Below, piece after piece: positions 13,460-27,171 of a DNA stretch of 64,000 bases; positions within the stretch are counted from its first letter, which is position 1, and each line of letters starts with the position of its first letter. Origin of the DNA: Octopus vulgaris (Eukaryota); contig OX597814.1 of NCBI GenBank assembly GCA_951406725.2, positions 156,736,001 through 156,800,000 on the forward strand, given 5' to 3'. Both the position numbers and the translations under genes were made by a program. Below the pieces are notes generated by a model, which was given only the letters and a program-made list of their open reading frames with translations, was not told the DNA's origin and made no database searches.

Positions 13460-13496
13460 AATATGTGTTCTGTCCAAATCAGTGCACTTTACAAAT
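13460..13496 (-). other. Candidate 37-nt exon
   Basis: Pyrimidine-rich tract ending cacaccAG upstream; donor ATT|GTAAGT; one open frame (FVKCTDLDRTHI). Confidence 0.35.
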
Positions 13497-14377
13497 CTGG
13501 TGTGTGTGTGTGAGGGGAGAGACAGACAGACAGACAGAGAGTGAGTAAGAATGGGAGTTGTACTCTATCCAGTTTTATACAATTATATATATTTAACAAC
13601 TCATCTGAATCTACAGGCTTTGCTTTAAACATAATATTGTGTATTTGGCAACCATTTTCTATGAAGATTATTACAACTGATTTAACACTATCCATCCCTC
13701 TTGTATCTAGATTCAACTTTTCTAAATTTAAATTTGATTAGAAACAGTCTTATGAACTCTGGAGCTTTCAGATAAACAAAGATATAAAGAAGAGGAAGGT
13801 CCCTGGTGAGTATGCTAGATGCAGGAATCAATTAACTGACTGAATTAGCAAACTAATATATCACCATAAATATGACATTTTTTTAATGCATAAAATATGG
13901 CTGTGTTTGATCTGTTTACCAAGAACTACCTCCATGTTACCATCTGGTGGCTCAATATCCGATTAGAGATGTAGGCTCTGCAAGTAGCAACAAAGATGAC
14001 TTGTCTAGGTGGGGAGTACTAACTTGGAATGAAAACTAATACAGGGAAGAGAAGACCCTTTAGCTCTGACAAACAACCTCTAAAAATAATGGAAGTATGA
14101 TACAATGTTCCAGGTACCTGCTGTAAGGTGGTTAGCAATAGGAAGGGCAGTTAACCATGATAGCATGTTAGAAATACATGATATAGACAGTAACAGTGAT
14201 TGGCAGTTTTCTCTGCTGTTGTGTGTATTAAATGACAAAGGAATGCAGTAACAGCTGTTCAACCCATACCAGCATGGAAAAAAAATGGATGTACTAATCT
14301 TGTTCATGATCATGATGAACTATAGTTGGTCCCCATGTTCAAATAATGACAACTAAATCAAACTGATCTAAACTGCC

Positions 14378-14780
14378 CTAGGCGAGGCTGTGTGGAAAGA
14401 TGCTTGCTTCCCAACTACATGGTTCAGTCCTATTGCATGGCACCTAGGGCAAGTGTCTTGTACTATAGCCTCGGGCTGACCAAAGCCTTGTGAGTGGATT
14501 TGGTAGATGGAAACTGAAAGAAGCCTGTCGTGTATGTGTGTGTGTGTGTGTGTGTGTCTTTGTGTCTGTCCCCCCAATCACTGCTTGACAACTAGCGTTA
14601 GTGTGTTTATGTTCCTGTAACTTAGCAGTTCAACAAAAGGATTCAATAAAATAAGTATCAGGCTTAAAATAAGTATCAGTCATAAATACTGGCGTTAATA
14701 TGTTTGACTAAAAATTCTTCAAGGTGGTGCCCCAGCAAGACCGCAGTCTAATGATTGAAACATGTAAAAGATAAAAGATA
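14378..14780 (+). mobile_element. SINE family A; older copies also at ~17900-18035, 26135-26430, 29070-29210, 32655-33120, 51790-52165
   Basis: Homology to 57540-57921 including the central (GT)n. Confidence 0.85.
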
Positions 14781-15840
14781 TTTCTTCATAATTAGTTTTA
14801 ACTTATTAGTTACTTCTAAGCACCTGACTGATTCCCTTTATGACATAGGCCAAGACTGTCATATTTAACAACAACGCTCAGATAGAAAACTAAATGTGCT
14901 GCATTATTTTCCTTACTAGACCCCAAGATGCTAGATTATAAACCATCACTTTTTAATCAGCTGCATAACCTGCGGCAGTCTGAATTAAGACTAAATGCAA
15001 ACATCATCACTTAATGTAAGGTTTCCTTACTGGCATGAGTTGAACTGATCTCACAGCATCTGAGGGATCTGTCCAACACATGCCAACATGGGTTGGTAGC
15101 AGGAAGAGCATCCAACCAAAGAGTCCTATCCAAGCCTTGCTAACATGGAAAAGCTGATATAAATGTACAGAAGATACTCCACCACACACACACAAATATG
15201 AATCTCATCATCATCATTGCTTAATGTCTATTTTCCATGCTAGCATGGGTTGGATGGTTCAACTGGGGTCTGGGAATCCATGAGGCTGCACCAGGCTCCA
15301 ATCTGATCTGGCAGTGTTTCTACAGCTGGATGCCCTTCCTAACGCCAACCACTCCATGAGTGTAGTGGGTGCTTTTTATGTACCACCAGCACAAGTGCCA
15401 AGGGAGGCTGGCAACGGCCATGATCGGTTGGTGCTTTTTATGTGCCACCTGCACGGAAGCCAGTCAAGGCAGCGCTGGCATCAGCCACTTTCAGATGGTG
15501 CTTTGTACATGCTACCGGCACAGGTATCACATCTACAATTTCCATTTGATTTTTTAATGTTGATCAAATGAAAATTGTAGTTGTGATACCCGTGCCAGTG
15601 GTATCTATACTAGTAAATTTTTACACACACACTGTAATTCTAAGCAAGTCATCAAAAGGATACAAGTAAGACCGACACAATTTGGGATACTGCCTTTATA
15701 CACAAATACAGAATAGACATACAGACATCATCTAAAAGAAGGCAATTCAGCAAGTAGTAAGGACAGCCTCATCAAATTACACTACAACAGCATATCTGCA
15801 GGCATATTTCTTCATTTTTACCCCTGATACTAATTACTGC

Positions 15841-16204
15841 AGAGGCACAATGTCCCAGTGGTTAGGGCAGTGAACTTGCAGTCTTAGGATTGCGGTTTCA
15901 ATTCCCAGACCGGGTGTTGTGAGTATTTATTGAGTGAAAACACATAAAGCTCCGCGAGGCTCAGGCAGGGGGTGGTGGTGAACTCTGCTGTACTCTTTCA
16001 CCCCAATTTTCTCTCACTTTTTCTTCCTGTTTCTGTTGTACCCGTATTTCAAAGGGCCAGCCTTGTGTCACGCTGAATCTCCCCAAGAACTACGTTAAGG
16101 GTACACGTGTCTGTGAAGTGCTCAGCCACTTGCATGTTAATTTCACAAGCAAGGCTGTTCCGTTGATCGGATCAACTGGAACACTCATTGTCGTAACCAA
16201 CATA
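15841..16204 (+). mobile_element. tRNA-derived SINE (head shared with the 6977 element, different 3' body) with 12-bp TSD
   Basis: TSD actaattactgc at 15829-15840 and 16205-16216; A/B-box-like head; 3' body shared with 50620-51335. Confidence 0.85.
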
Positions 16205-16794
16205 ACTAATTACTGCTAAATTGTTCTTCACCACAACTGAAGCCTTCTGGAATTCCTCTCCAACCCAAGTGTTTTTTCCTTTCTAGATTTCTAGATACAC
16301 ATAGCAGCTTACTGAATGTTTAAACTGGGTATCAACCAAATTTGAATGATGAGGAGTGGAGAATGGAGAGATTACAAAGGTCACGAGCATTGGCTCCCTC
16401 CTCCTATAATTCATAATCAAATAAATAGATCACCAAATTGGCTAGGTAACACAGATTAATAAAGCACAGGGATTATCATCAACAGTTCAAGGACATCAAG
16501 ATTAATAATTCCCAATTTTGGGATAATATTAAACACACTTTATACATTAGATGTGTATTAGAAACCAAAGCAATCAGACTCATGTAATTGCTGTCTTTTA
16601 ACATAAATGGTTTCTGAAATCATTTTGTTAATTAGAAAAAATAAAATGTCTGTGTTTTACTACTTTATGCACAATTAAATAATCATAATTTTACATTACA
16701 ATTTCAAAACTAATTAATCATTTACAATAAATAGATAAGAGTGATCTAAGAAAATGGTTCTGTCAAAAGTAATCCTTACTATGACAACTACTAC

Positions 16795-16970
16795 AAGAAG
16801 AAGGAGAAGGAGGAAGGTGAAGGAAGGAAGGAGAAGAAGGAGGAGGAGGAGAAGAATAAGGAGAAGAAGAAGAAGATGAAGAAGAAGGAGAAGAAGAAGG
16901 AGAAGAAGAAGAAGGAGAAGAAGGAGAAGAAGGAGAAGATGAAGAAGAAGGAGAAGGAGAAGAAGAAGAG
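16795..16970. repeat. Polypurine (GAA/GGA)n tract
   Basis: ~175 bp almost purely G/A. Confidence 0.9.
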
Positions 16971-19572
16971 CAACAACAGTTGCGACACAAATTACACATT
17001 ACATTCAGTAAGGTTATCCTTATAATAACAATGAAAATAACAACAGTACTATTACTACTAATACTACGATTACCAGTAATAATAATAATAATAATAATAA
17101 TAATCCTCTAAATCTCAGTCCCCTCACCTCACTCCAGCCAGAATCCTAAATCTGAACCTTAAGTCACTAGCATTGTCCATAAATGAGCTATTTACTAATA
17201 TGCAAGCTTAATAACTACTTAGTGTCGTTTAAGTCTCTCTGCTGTAATCATTATGTACCAAAATTAAGTCAGTCACACGCACATATGAACAGGTCAAAAC
17301 ACACACACATATATATATGTGTGTGTGTACATGTGCTTATAGAAATTTGCATTTATGAATGTGTCTCTGTATGTATGTATGTAAGTATACATATAAAAGC
17401 ATATGGTAGTAGGCATTTATGGATGTGTGTGACTGAATCTGTATACCTGTGACCAAATATTTTTCTTAATATGATTAACAGTAAATGCACATGTTCATAC
17501 ATTTGTTTACGTGTTTGTAAATGAGTCTGTGTGTGTGAGGTAGATATATGTATGTATGTATATTTGTATGTATGCAAGCATCTTTGTGAGAGAGAGAGGA
17601 AGAGTATTTATGCTTATTATTGTTGTTGGGGCCCAAAGCAAACATAAACAAGCAGACTTCTGATTATTAAAATGCTAATACTAACCACCCTGCCTTTCAT
17701 TTTTACAGGGAGTATAAGTATACCTTTTCCAATGTAATTCTTTTCCTTCTTGAGAAAGTAGGATACAATTTGAAAGCTATTTCACTACCGCTTTTATAAG
17801 GTTAAGCAACACCATAAAAGATCCCTCATTTTGTGTGTGCAGGTGTATATTTTTCTCCAAAGGTATCCCGATATATCTCAGCAGGTATGTCTTTGACATC
17901 AGTACAACTGAAACTCTAAGTTTTGGGTTCAATAGCACTGCATGGCACCTTGCACAAATGTCATCTACTTTAGCCCCAGGCAAACCAAAGCCTTGTGAGT
18001 TAATTTGGTAGACAGAAACAGAAAGAAGCTTGTCAAAGCATGCTATTCATTTCTAATCTTCTTGAAAACATGTCCAGCCATGGGGAAATATTACCTCACT
18101 TGTAAAATTAGGTGAGAGCTGGTAACATAAAGGGAATCTAGGACAATAACTCTGAGGACAATAGATGATTTAAACTTCTCAATATATTGGAGAGGGGGTA
18201 ATTAACGAAGGTGAGCAATTGTCCTAGGGGGTAATTGTCCTGATACGCATGAAGGGCAGCCAGTCATAGAAAATCTGCCTCAGCAAATTTCATCTGACTC
18301 ATGTAAGCATGGAAAATAGATGTTGAAACAAGAATAATGATGACAATGATGATGTTTTATTTTAATGTTTTTTTAAAATCAAAGTGTTGTATGTTGCCTG
18401 TAAAATATAGGTATGGGTTCTGTGATTTTTGGAAAACTGTGTCAGGGGTTTCATGCCAAAATAAGTTTGGGAACCACAGACACAAACAATAGGACCTGCA
18501 ATTATGTAAATATAATGGAAGAAGCTTAGCTATCACTCACAAGTAGGTATGACCTATAGAATATACCATGGTTTGATAATTATTTTAGGCACCCATGTGG
18601 TCACACAAAGACAAAGACACTCTCTCAGACCAAAGAACACTGAAGTTATGACAGCTGGAGGAAAACAAAGCTCTACATGGTTTATAACTGAGTAAACTAG
18701 AGCAATGTGAAATGAATTTACTGAAGAACAGAATGATCTGCCTGATCCACAAAATTATAGTTGTGACCCCATCGAATAAAACATAATAAGCAATACAATA
18801 GTTTCAGAGAATTTGAAAGAAGTCTCAAACTTGATTAAGTGCATCATCATCATCATTCTTTAACATCTGTTTTCCATGCTGGCATGGGTTGGATGGTTTG
18901 ACCAGAAATAACAAGCCAAAGAGCCACATTAGGTTCCTGTCTGATTCGCTCGGTATCTATGGCTGGATGCCCTTCTTAATGCCAACTACTTTACAGTGTA
19001 CTGGGTGCTTTTAGCATGGGACCAACACAAGCACTTTTAAATGGTGCCACCACAATAGAGGAAAATTGTACAACTGTAAAGAAAATTTTTACATATATTT
19101 TCATAAAACTTTAATTTAATTCTGTTTCTCCAGTGTAAGGTGAACTCAATTTTGGATGTAGGTAACTGTACATAAGATTTCAATTGTTAGCATAGGAACA
19201 TTGTTTTTTTTTTCTTTTGCACTGCAGAAACTGGTATTCTGAGATTGAAACATGCTAATGAACATATGTATGAAAAGATGGACAGACAGCATTAAAATAT
19301 GGAGAGATAAATCATTAGTAGAGCGATGAGATCTGGCTCACAGCTATGACAGAAAGAGAAAATTAGAGTATATTATGTCACCTTTATAACTCTTGTGGAA
19401 GTTGAAGATTCAAGCCTCAGTGTGCATGTGTAGAACTATACACACACACACAAACACATGTATACAAAGTCATTTCTTGTGATCACTTATGGATGGAACT
19501 TCTAATAAAAAATATAGTGTGGGACTCATTAATTTTGATTAGCACTGCTGGTAATGTTATTTCTGATTATGC

Positions 19573-19607
<35 letters not shown>

Positions 19608-20440
19608 ATGCATGCACGCATACATACATGCATGTACACACAATCACACATGTGCAAAAGACAAAACAGAGCTTGTATGGACAGTAATATGACTATGGGA
19701 TAACAGCTGGGTAAAGAAATAGCAAACAATCTAGGTAGAAGAAAGATACACAAGAGGAAGAGCAAAGAAAGACATGAGAAGAAGTAGTGAAGGATGACTT
19801 GAAGATGCTAAGTACCATGAAAGAGATATTAATGGTAAGATGCTAGGCTACAGACATCAACAAGTGGTAAGATGCTGGGCTACAGACATCCTGCTTGACC
19901 TGTACAGCATGGAAAAAGGCATAAGAAAATGATGTTCATGACATATAGACATACACTTACACATATATAAAAAAGAAAATATGAGCACAGAGGTTAATTC
20001 ACTTGACTAAAATTCTTCCATGTAGTGCTCCAACATGGCCACAGTCTAATGACTGAAACAAGTGAAAGATAAAAGATATATACATATAAAGAAAGAACTG
20101 GGGTGATAGGTACTCCTCAACAAGGCCCAGCTAAGACAACCCATCTGGGAGAGTATTAACTCTGAGTAGAAATATGGATACAGAGTAGAGTGGACTATAT
20201 TGTTCTTTCACAGACATCCATTCTAGTGCCTCAGGTAAGGAAAACTGGCTCAGTCCACACAGTAAAGTGGTTGGTGATAAGAAAGGCAATGAACCATAGA
20301 GAAACATGCCAAAAGTATGACATAAGCAACAGATGACCAGGTTTTATATTGCTGTGCAACAAATGACTATGGACTACAACAAGTGGTGAACTACCAAACT
20401 GAGCCCAGCCAACCCAAGCCATGTAAATGATTATGTTGAT

Positions 20441-20478
<38 letters not shown>

Positions 20479-20479
<1 letters not shown>

Positions 20480-20680
20480 GAGGGAAGGCTGAAAAGTTAA
20501 GGGTATCAAAAAGGCCTGATTGGAGGCCCAACTTTCCAAGTTCTTTCACAGGGATTATAAAAACTGAAAGACTACTGCAATAAGTGTGTGAATATAAGGA
20601 TGGAATATGTTAAATAAAATCAGAATTAACTAATCCTTCTGTATTTTCTTCTACCCAAAGCTAGGAACTTTTCAGCACCA

Positions 20681-20685
<5 letters not shown>
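20479..20685. mobile_element. Mariner-type MITE (CGAGGG...GCTGAAAAGTT termini)
   Basis: Inverted termini cgagggaaggctgaaaagtt / aacttttcagcaccatctca-TA; same family as 58385-58873. Confidence 0.75.
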
Positions 20686-20737
<52 letters not shown>

Positions 20738-20739
20738 CA

Positions 20740-21118
20740 CTCTTTTACTTGTTTCAAGTCATTTGATTGTGGCCATGCTGAAACTCCACCTTTAGTTGAA
20801 CAATCCTGACCCCAGGACTTATTCTTTGTAAGCCTAGTACTTATTCTATCAGTCTCTCTTGCCAAACTGCTAAGTTACAGGGATATAAACACACCAACAT
20901 CAGTTATCAAGTGATGGTGGAGGGACAAACACAGACACACAATTACATACACACATATATACAACAGGCTTCTTACAGTTTCCAGCTACCAAATCCACTC
21001 ACAACGCTTTGGTTGGGCCAAGGCTATAGAAGAAGACACTTGCCCAAGGTGCCACGCAGTGGGACTGAATCCAGAACTATGTGGTTGGGAAGCAAGCTTC
21101 TTACCGCACAGCCACACA
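20740..21118 (-). mobile_element. SINE family A
   Basis: Near full-length match to 54362-54768. Confidence 0.88.
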
Positions 21119-21587
21119 TACAAATATATGTATACAGATATGTTCATAACTACAAAACAGAATTATTTCATTCTACTGATTCCCGTATATTAATTATACT
21201 TATTTAATGCAGTGGGATGAGAAGGCATCTTCATGAGGAAATGAACTCAGAATAACTTGGCACCACTCTACCATTTTTTAGCATATTTGCTTCCTGAAAT
21301 CTGTTGTTTGTCTTTATGCACTCATATACACCCATATATGTAAACACATACATAGAGAAATATATATATATATTAGTCCAACCCATGCTAGCATGGAAAG
21401 TGGACGTTAAATGATGATGATGATGATGATATATATATACACATACATACATATGCAGACAAATATACATACATAGATATGTATATTATACATATATATG
21501 CAGACAAATATTCATACATAGATATGTATATTATACATATATATGCAGACAAATATTCATACATAGATGTGCATATCATACATATGT

Positions 21588-21679
<92 letters not shown>

Positions 21680-21893
21680 ATGTACATTCATTTTATATAA
21701 AAGCAAATACATAAAACAGAATATAGGTCCCTCAGAAATAAAGTATATCTGTTGCTTTTTTTTTTCTTTTCTGTAATATTTTGTACAGCATCTGACAATT
21801 TAAAAAGGCACAACTATATAAATAATATTTACATACAAAGTTTATCTTTTCTGCTTTTTCATCATTAACAATAATTTAAATCAATCAACTCAC

Positions 21894-22345
21894 CTGGATT
21901 ATTGATACCCAATACCGTATTCACATCTTAAGTAAGCATCTTTGTATATAGCTCCTGTACCATATATATATATATATATATATATAGTATTACGTATGTT
22001 TGTGTGTGTTGTGTGTGTGCTTTTATAGATAAGTATATGTCTGTATGAATATATGTATATATTTCCGTTTTCTTGCTAAGAACTCACAAAAGAGGTACAC
22101 ATTTCAAAAAGTAATAGGCAAAAAAACCAATTTTGACAACATATGCGTGTGCCGTGGAATCAGAAAGGAGAGACAGGGAGGGACTGAGTGAGTCAGAGAA
22201 ACGCGTACGCGAGACAGAAAAGGGGAAAAGAAAGAAGCAGAGAGAGAAAGGAGGCAGCGAGTGTTATCAGGAAGACTGCGAAAATGTACACCAATGTTTG
22301 TACGCAAGCATGCGTCAAAACATTAGCTATTGATTTTCTAAAAAA

Positions 22346-22377
<32 letters not shown>

Positions 22378-22620
22378 ACGACTGAGTGTATGAGTGACTG
22401 TGTGTATGAATGACTGCGCGGAGGAATAGTGGCTGTGTGCTTGAGAGAGAAAGTGAGAGAGAGTGAGAGAGAAAGAGAGAGAAAGAGAGAGGTGGGGGTG
22501 CAATTAGATCACCTGCTGCACGGATAACATACTGAGTTTTCACTATGATGTGATTTAAACATTCATCCACAGAGATAGAGGCAGGGGGGTTCATCCCCTC
22601 CAGCACACACACACACACAC
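21894..22620 (-). promoter_or_regulatory. Candidate promoter and non-coding first exon ending at a strong donor at 21894
   Basis: CAG|GTGAGT on the minus strand; upstream region is TE-free, locally CpG-retaining (acgcgtacgcg, ctgcgcgg) and has GA/CA repeats; no ATG-initiated frame reaches the donor. Confidence 0.4.
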
Positions 22621-22851
22621 ACAATCGAATTAGTTAAAAAAAAAATCTACAAGAAGTTATGCTTTAAATGAAAAAAGGGATTCTCTGTCGAGAAATGTAT
22701 TTCTAAAAGGAACAGCTGTTCCACCCCCATTTCCCTCTTCATATCAACTTTTATTTCCTCTCAACTCATTAAGATAAAAATTAATTTTACTTGCACACAC
22801 ACACACACAAATCAACAGATGCATTTATAGACTTTTTTTGAACTGAAAGAA

Positions 22852-22911
<60 letters not shown>

Positions 22912-22976
22912 ATGTATAGTATATATATGTGTGTGTGTATATATATATATGTATGTGTGTGTATATATATATGTAT

Positions 22977-23031
<55 letters not shown>

Positions 23032-23542
23032 GCAAAAGAGCAAACTTATCGCATTAAAATAATTTAAACAAATTTTAGATTTTTTGAAAGTGGTTAGTCT
23101 GCTTCTTTATTTTTCCTGTTTTCATTCTGAAAATGTATTCTCTGGCTATGAATTTCCATTGTATTTATATCTTCTATTTAGTATAGTAAGCTTCCCATAG
23201 TAACATTTAAGGAGGAGTTGATTGTTTTTATATGCTGCTGTCTTTTCAAAACAAACGAAAGAAATGCTGGAGAGATTAATTTGAGGCTGGGATACAGACA
23301 TTCATTCAGTTTAATAGTAGAGTATATGGATTAAAAAAAAAGGTGTTATATAAAAGGCTGGATAATAAGCATAAATGAAAACATGAGGAGGAGTGAAGTT
23401 GTTGAGAAGGAAAGCTAACATGAGAATGGTGAATATATTGAACATTTAACAAAAATATAGAAATTAGCTATAGAAGTAACTGGCAAATATATTTATTTAA
23501 ACTGTAACAAATTTTTGAAATGGGGAAAAGATATATGTTAAG

Positions 23543-23563
23543 AAAAAAGAAATTAAATATGTA

Positions 23564-23623
<60 letters not shown>

Positions 23624-23655
23624 TATACATAAGTACATATTTAATTTCTTTTTTT
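23543..23655. repeat. AT-rich palindrome centred on a (TA)n run
   Basis: aaaaaagaaattaaatatgtactta ... taagtacatatttaatttctttttt. Confidence 0.85.
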
Positions 23656-24096
23656 TAGAATATATCTTTTTTTTTAACATATATATATATATATATATAC
23701 ATATTTATACACACATATATATACTACCAAAGCAGATATATATAAAAGGATCAAAGGTCCTTTCTGAGCTATAGGATCCTAAGATTGGTTTCCAAGATTC
23801 TGTCATGTATATATTCTCCACTGGATGGGACACTAGTCCATTGCAGCATCATACATTTTTGCCAGCTGAGTGGACTGGAGCAATGTGAAATGAAGTGTTT
23901 TGCGCAAGAGCGCAATGCATCATCCAGTCCAGGAATTGAAAGCACAATTTTAAGATCATGAGTGCCCTAACCACTAGGCCTTGGGTGCCCGCATATGTGT
24001 GTATATATACACACACATGAATACATATGTACATATATATGAATACATGTACACAAATATAAACACATGCACACACATGTATATACATGTGTATAT

Positions 24097-25126
24097 GTGT
24101 AGCAACATCAAAGGAAGATTAACCGGGAAGATAGCTTTCGTGTGTGGCAGATGCACATGGGCAATAAGCTCCACAGATGCTCAGGAAACAGATTCCATCA
24201 CATGCCAGGGGAAGAAACTAGAAGTAGTTGATAGCTTCCACTACCTAGGTGACCAAGTCTGTAGTGGGAGTGGATGCTCAGAGAGTGTTACCACTAAATA
24301 AGAATAACCTGGCAAAGTTCAGAAAGCTTCTACCCCTACTGGTGACAAAGGGTCTCTCACTCAGAGTGAAAGGTAGATTGTACGATGCATGTGTGCAAAT
24401 TGCCATGCTTCACTGTAGTGAAACATGGGGCCACAACTGCTGAAGACATGCATAAGCTTGAAAGAAATGAAGTTAGCATGATCTGCTAGATGAGTAATGT
24501 CAGCATGCACACATGACAGAGTGTAAGCGCCCCAAGAGAAATGTTGGATATAAGAAGCAGCGGATATGGTGTACAAGATAGACGTCTGCATTGGTATGCT
24601 CATGTACTACAGATGGATGAGGAGAGCTGTGTGAAGAAGTGCCATTCCCAAAGAGTTGAAGGAATCCAGAGTAGAGGGAGACCCAGGAAGACATGGAATG
24701 AGGTGGTGAAGCATGACCTTCGAATGTTGGGCCTCACAGAGGCAATAACAAAAGACGAGTCCTCTGGCGATATGCTGTGACTGAGAAGACCCGGCAAATA
24801 AAGTTAGTTCACAGCTGTAACCTACACCAGTGTCACATAACCAGCCCACTCAAAAGTACCTTGGATCGTAGGGCAACATGCTGTGCTTGAGGAGACCTAC
24901 TGAGTCAAATCAAAATCAAATAGAAATTGTAGTTGTGATCCCCATGCCAGTGGCATGTAAAAAGCACCCACAACACTCTCAGAGTAGTTAGCATTAGAAA
25001 GGGCATCCAGCTGTAGAAACACTGCCAGATCAGATTGGAACCTGGTGCAGCCTCCTGGCTTTCCTGACCCCAGTCGAACCGTCCAACCCATGCCAGTATG
25101 GAAAACAGACATTAAATGATGATGAT
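24097..25126 (+). mobile_element. 5'-truncated, frameshifted RTE LINE (end of PHD insert, RT C-terminus, unexpanded 3' UTR, GAT tail)
   Basis: Frames read CSNIKGRLTGKIAFVCGRC...LEVVDSFHYLGD, KGLSLRVKGRLYDACV, RLHWYAHVLQMDEE...GRPRKTW. Confidence 0.92.
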
Positions 25127-25143
25127 ATATATATAAATACACT

Positions 25144-25201
<58 letters not shown>

Positions 25202-25734
25202 AAGATATCTCAAAAACTGAAAGTTGTTTCTCACAAGAAATCTCTCCCTACCTGTTTATTTCTCAAAATTTCAAGTTCAAAAACTAACTCATATAAATTC
25301 AACGCCTGTCAATCTTTAATTCTTGAAGTAATATTTAAAACTATTCTGCAAACAATACTATTTATTTGTTAACTACTTTAAATACTAAACACCGCTTGTA
25401 TACTTTCTCAAAAGATAATATTTCCATGGTGAATAAGAAATAAAGCTAGAGGAAAACATCACTTTTTTGTTTGTATACCATAAATAAAAGGCTAGAGTAA
25501 AGATTAGGTTTACAGTTGTCAAATAAGTAGGACTATACAATATTTTGAACAATAATAACTACTACTGCAACAGAAGTACTAACAGTTATTGTTGGTGATG
25601 CTTGAAATATTATAAGTTGTTTATTATCTGACAATGCATGACTAGTACAAAACTAGTACAAATAATTTTAAAAAACATTAAAATATTGTCTGTTTAAAGA
25701 AAGCTAAAATATAAATAATGTACAAACAACTTAC

Positions 25735-25819
25735 ATTTTTGAAATCACATTCGCTCATAAATATTTCCAAATGATTAAAATATTGTGTTAAAAAACCAAT
25801 ACAAAAATAGAAACATTTA
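25735..25819 (-). other. Candidate 85-nt exon (mostly UTR; ends with ATG-initiated MSECDFKN)
   Basis: ttttttttacAG acceptor and AAT|GTAAGT donor in TE-free sequence. Confidence 0.4.
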
Positions 25820-26679
25820 CTGTAAAAAAAACTCGTATAATTTTGTTGCCAAGTCACTGTCTAATTGAAAGATGAGAGTTTCTTCCCTGTCAGGATTAAG
25901 ATTATTTTCAGAATATATTCCCATTATGCATGGTTTTGGGTATTTATACCTGAAAACCTCCTATATCTCTCAAACCATTTGTCTGATTTATGCAAAACTT
26001 GTTTTATTCCATATGTATTAACATTTCAGGGTAAACTTAATTTATAGTATTTTCCCATTATGCACCAATTTGGCTGAGTAACATTGAAAGCAAGCAAGAT
26101 TTGAACTAACTTTTAATGTATTATAGATATATAGGCACAGCCATGGCTATTTGACTATGAAGCTAGCTTTGCAACCACATGGTATCAAGTTCAGTCTCAC
26201 TAAGTGGCACCTTGGGTAAGTGACTTCTGTTGTAGCCATGGGCCAACTAATGCCTTGTGAGTGAATTAATGAATTTGGGAGACAGAAACTATGTAGAAAC
26301 CCATCTTGTGTGTGTGTGCACGCGCATGTGAGTGCATGCATTCGCATGTGTGTGTATGTATGTTTGTCTTGTCCTGTCCTATACCACTTGACAACTGGTA
26401 TTGGTTTGTTTATGTCCCCCAAAACCTTGGTGGTTATATATATCTAATCATATATATATAATGACACATTATATATGTGTGACATATATATAATGACAAG
26501 AGGTGAGGAGAGTGACCTTGACACTATTTGACGAAGACAAAACATGTCAAATAATTTCTCACTCTCAACTACCAGAGATCTTGTAATTTTTTCACAAATT
26601 TTATTTTCACAGCAAGATTAATTATATCTTTATATAACACATATGATTTTTCAAATACACATTTCAATGTAGCTACAGT

Positions 26680-27070
26680 GAACAGGGCATGTTTCCAGGA
26701 TAGAAACTCACTGCCTGCCTAAGACTATGTTATTTGACAAACTCTCATTGGCCATCATAGGAGAAAAGCATCAAAGAATAGTTACAAGGTTTCTCTGAAG
26801 AAATCCTTTGATGCCTGACACACTGAGAATTACCAGTGGTCTATCATAGCCTCCAATTGCAAGGGCCAATGACACATCATTAACCAGTCTGTCTCCTCCT
26901 TTGAGAACTCAGGTAGGGTAAAAAGGGACTGAAGAAGAATTGTGAAACAGCAATGCCAAATCCAGACCAGAATTTCTTTTGCAGCCACAGTGGCCAGGCT
27001 TGTATGCCTCCTTTTGGTAAGCCTAGTCAACAAAATCAGCTTCCTTTATGAATATTCATCTATGAAGCCA
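26680..27070 (+). mobile_element. Old RTE fragment of a second lineage (AviRTE/BovB-like C-terminus)
   Basis: Broken frames read GHVSRIETHCLPKTMLFDKL...YKVSLKKSFDA...QWSIIASN...HIINQSVSSFE, resembling the WAGHVSRM..RLPK..YGEL motif region. Confidence 0.75.
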
Positions 27071-27140
27071 ACCTGTGGGGATATTTTCTAAGAGAGGCAA
27101 AACATATGTTTATGAAACATATTGAATAGGATTTTCATTG

Positions 27141-27171
<31 letters not shown>

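Noticed and set aside
16763-16999. Ser/Pro-rich or Glu-rich ORFs (also 33358-33744)
   Set aside because: Translations of trinucleotide microsatellites.
26523-26555. tatttgacgaagacaaaacatgtcaaata resembling a minimal hammerhead
   Set aside because: Both core boxes are mutated; equally explained as a chance 8-bp inverted repeat.
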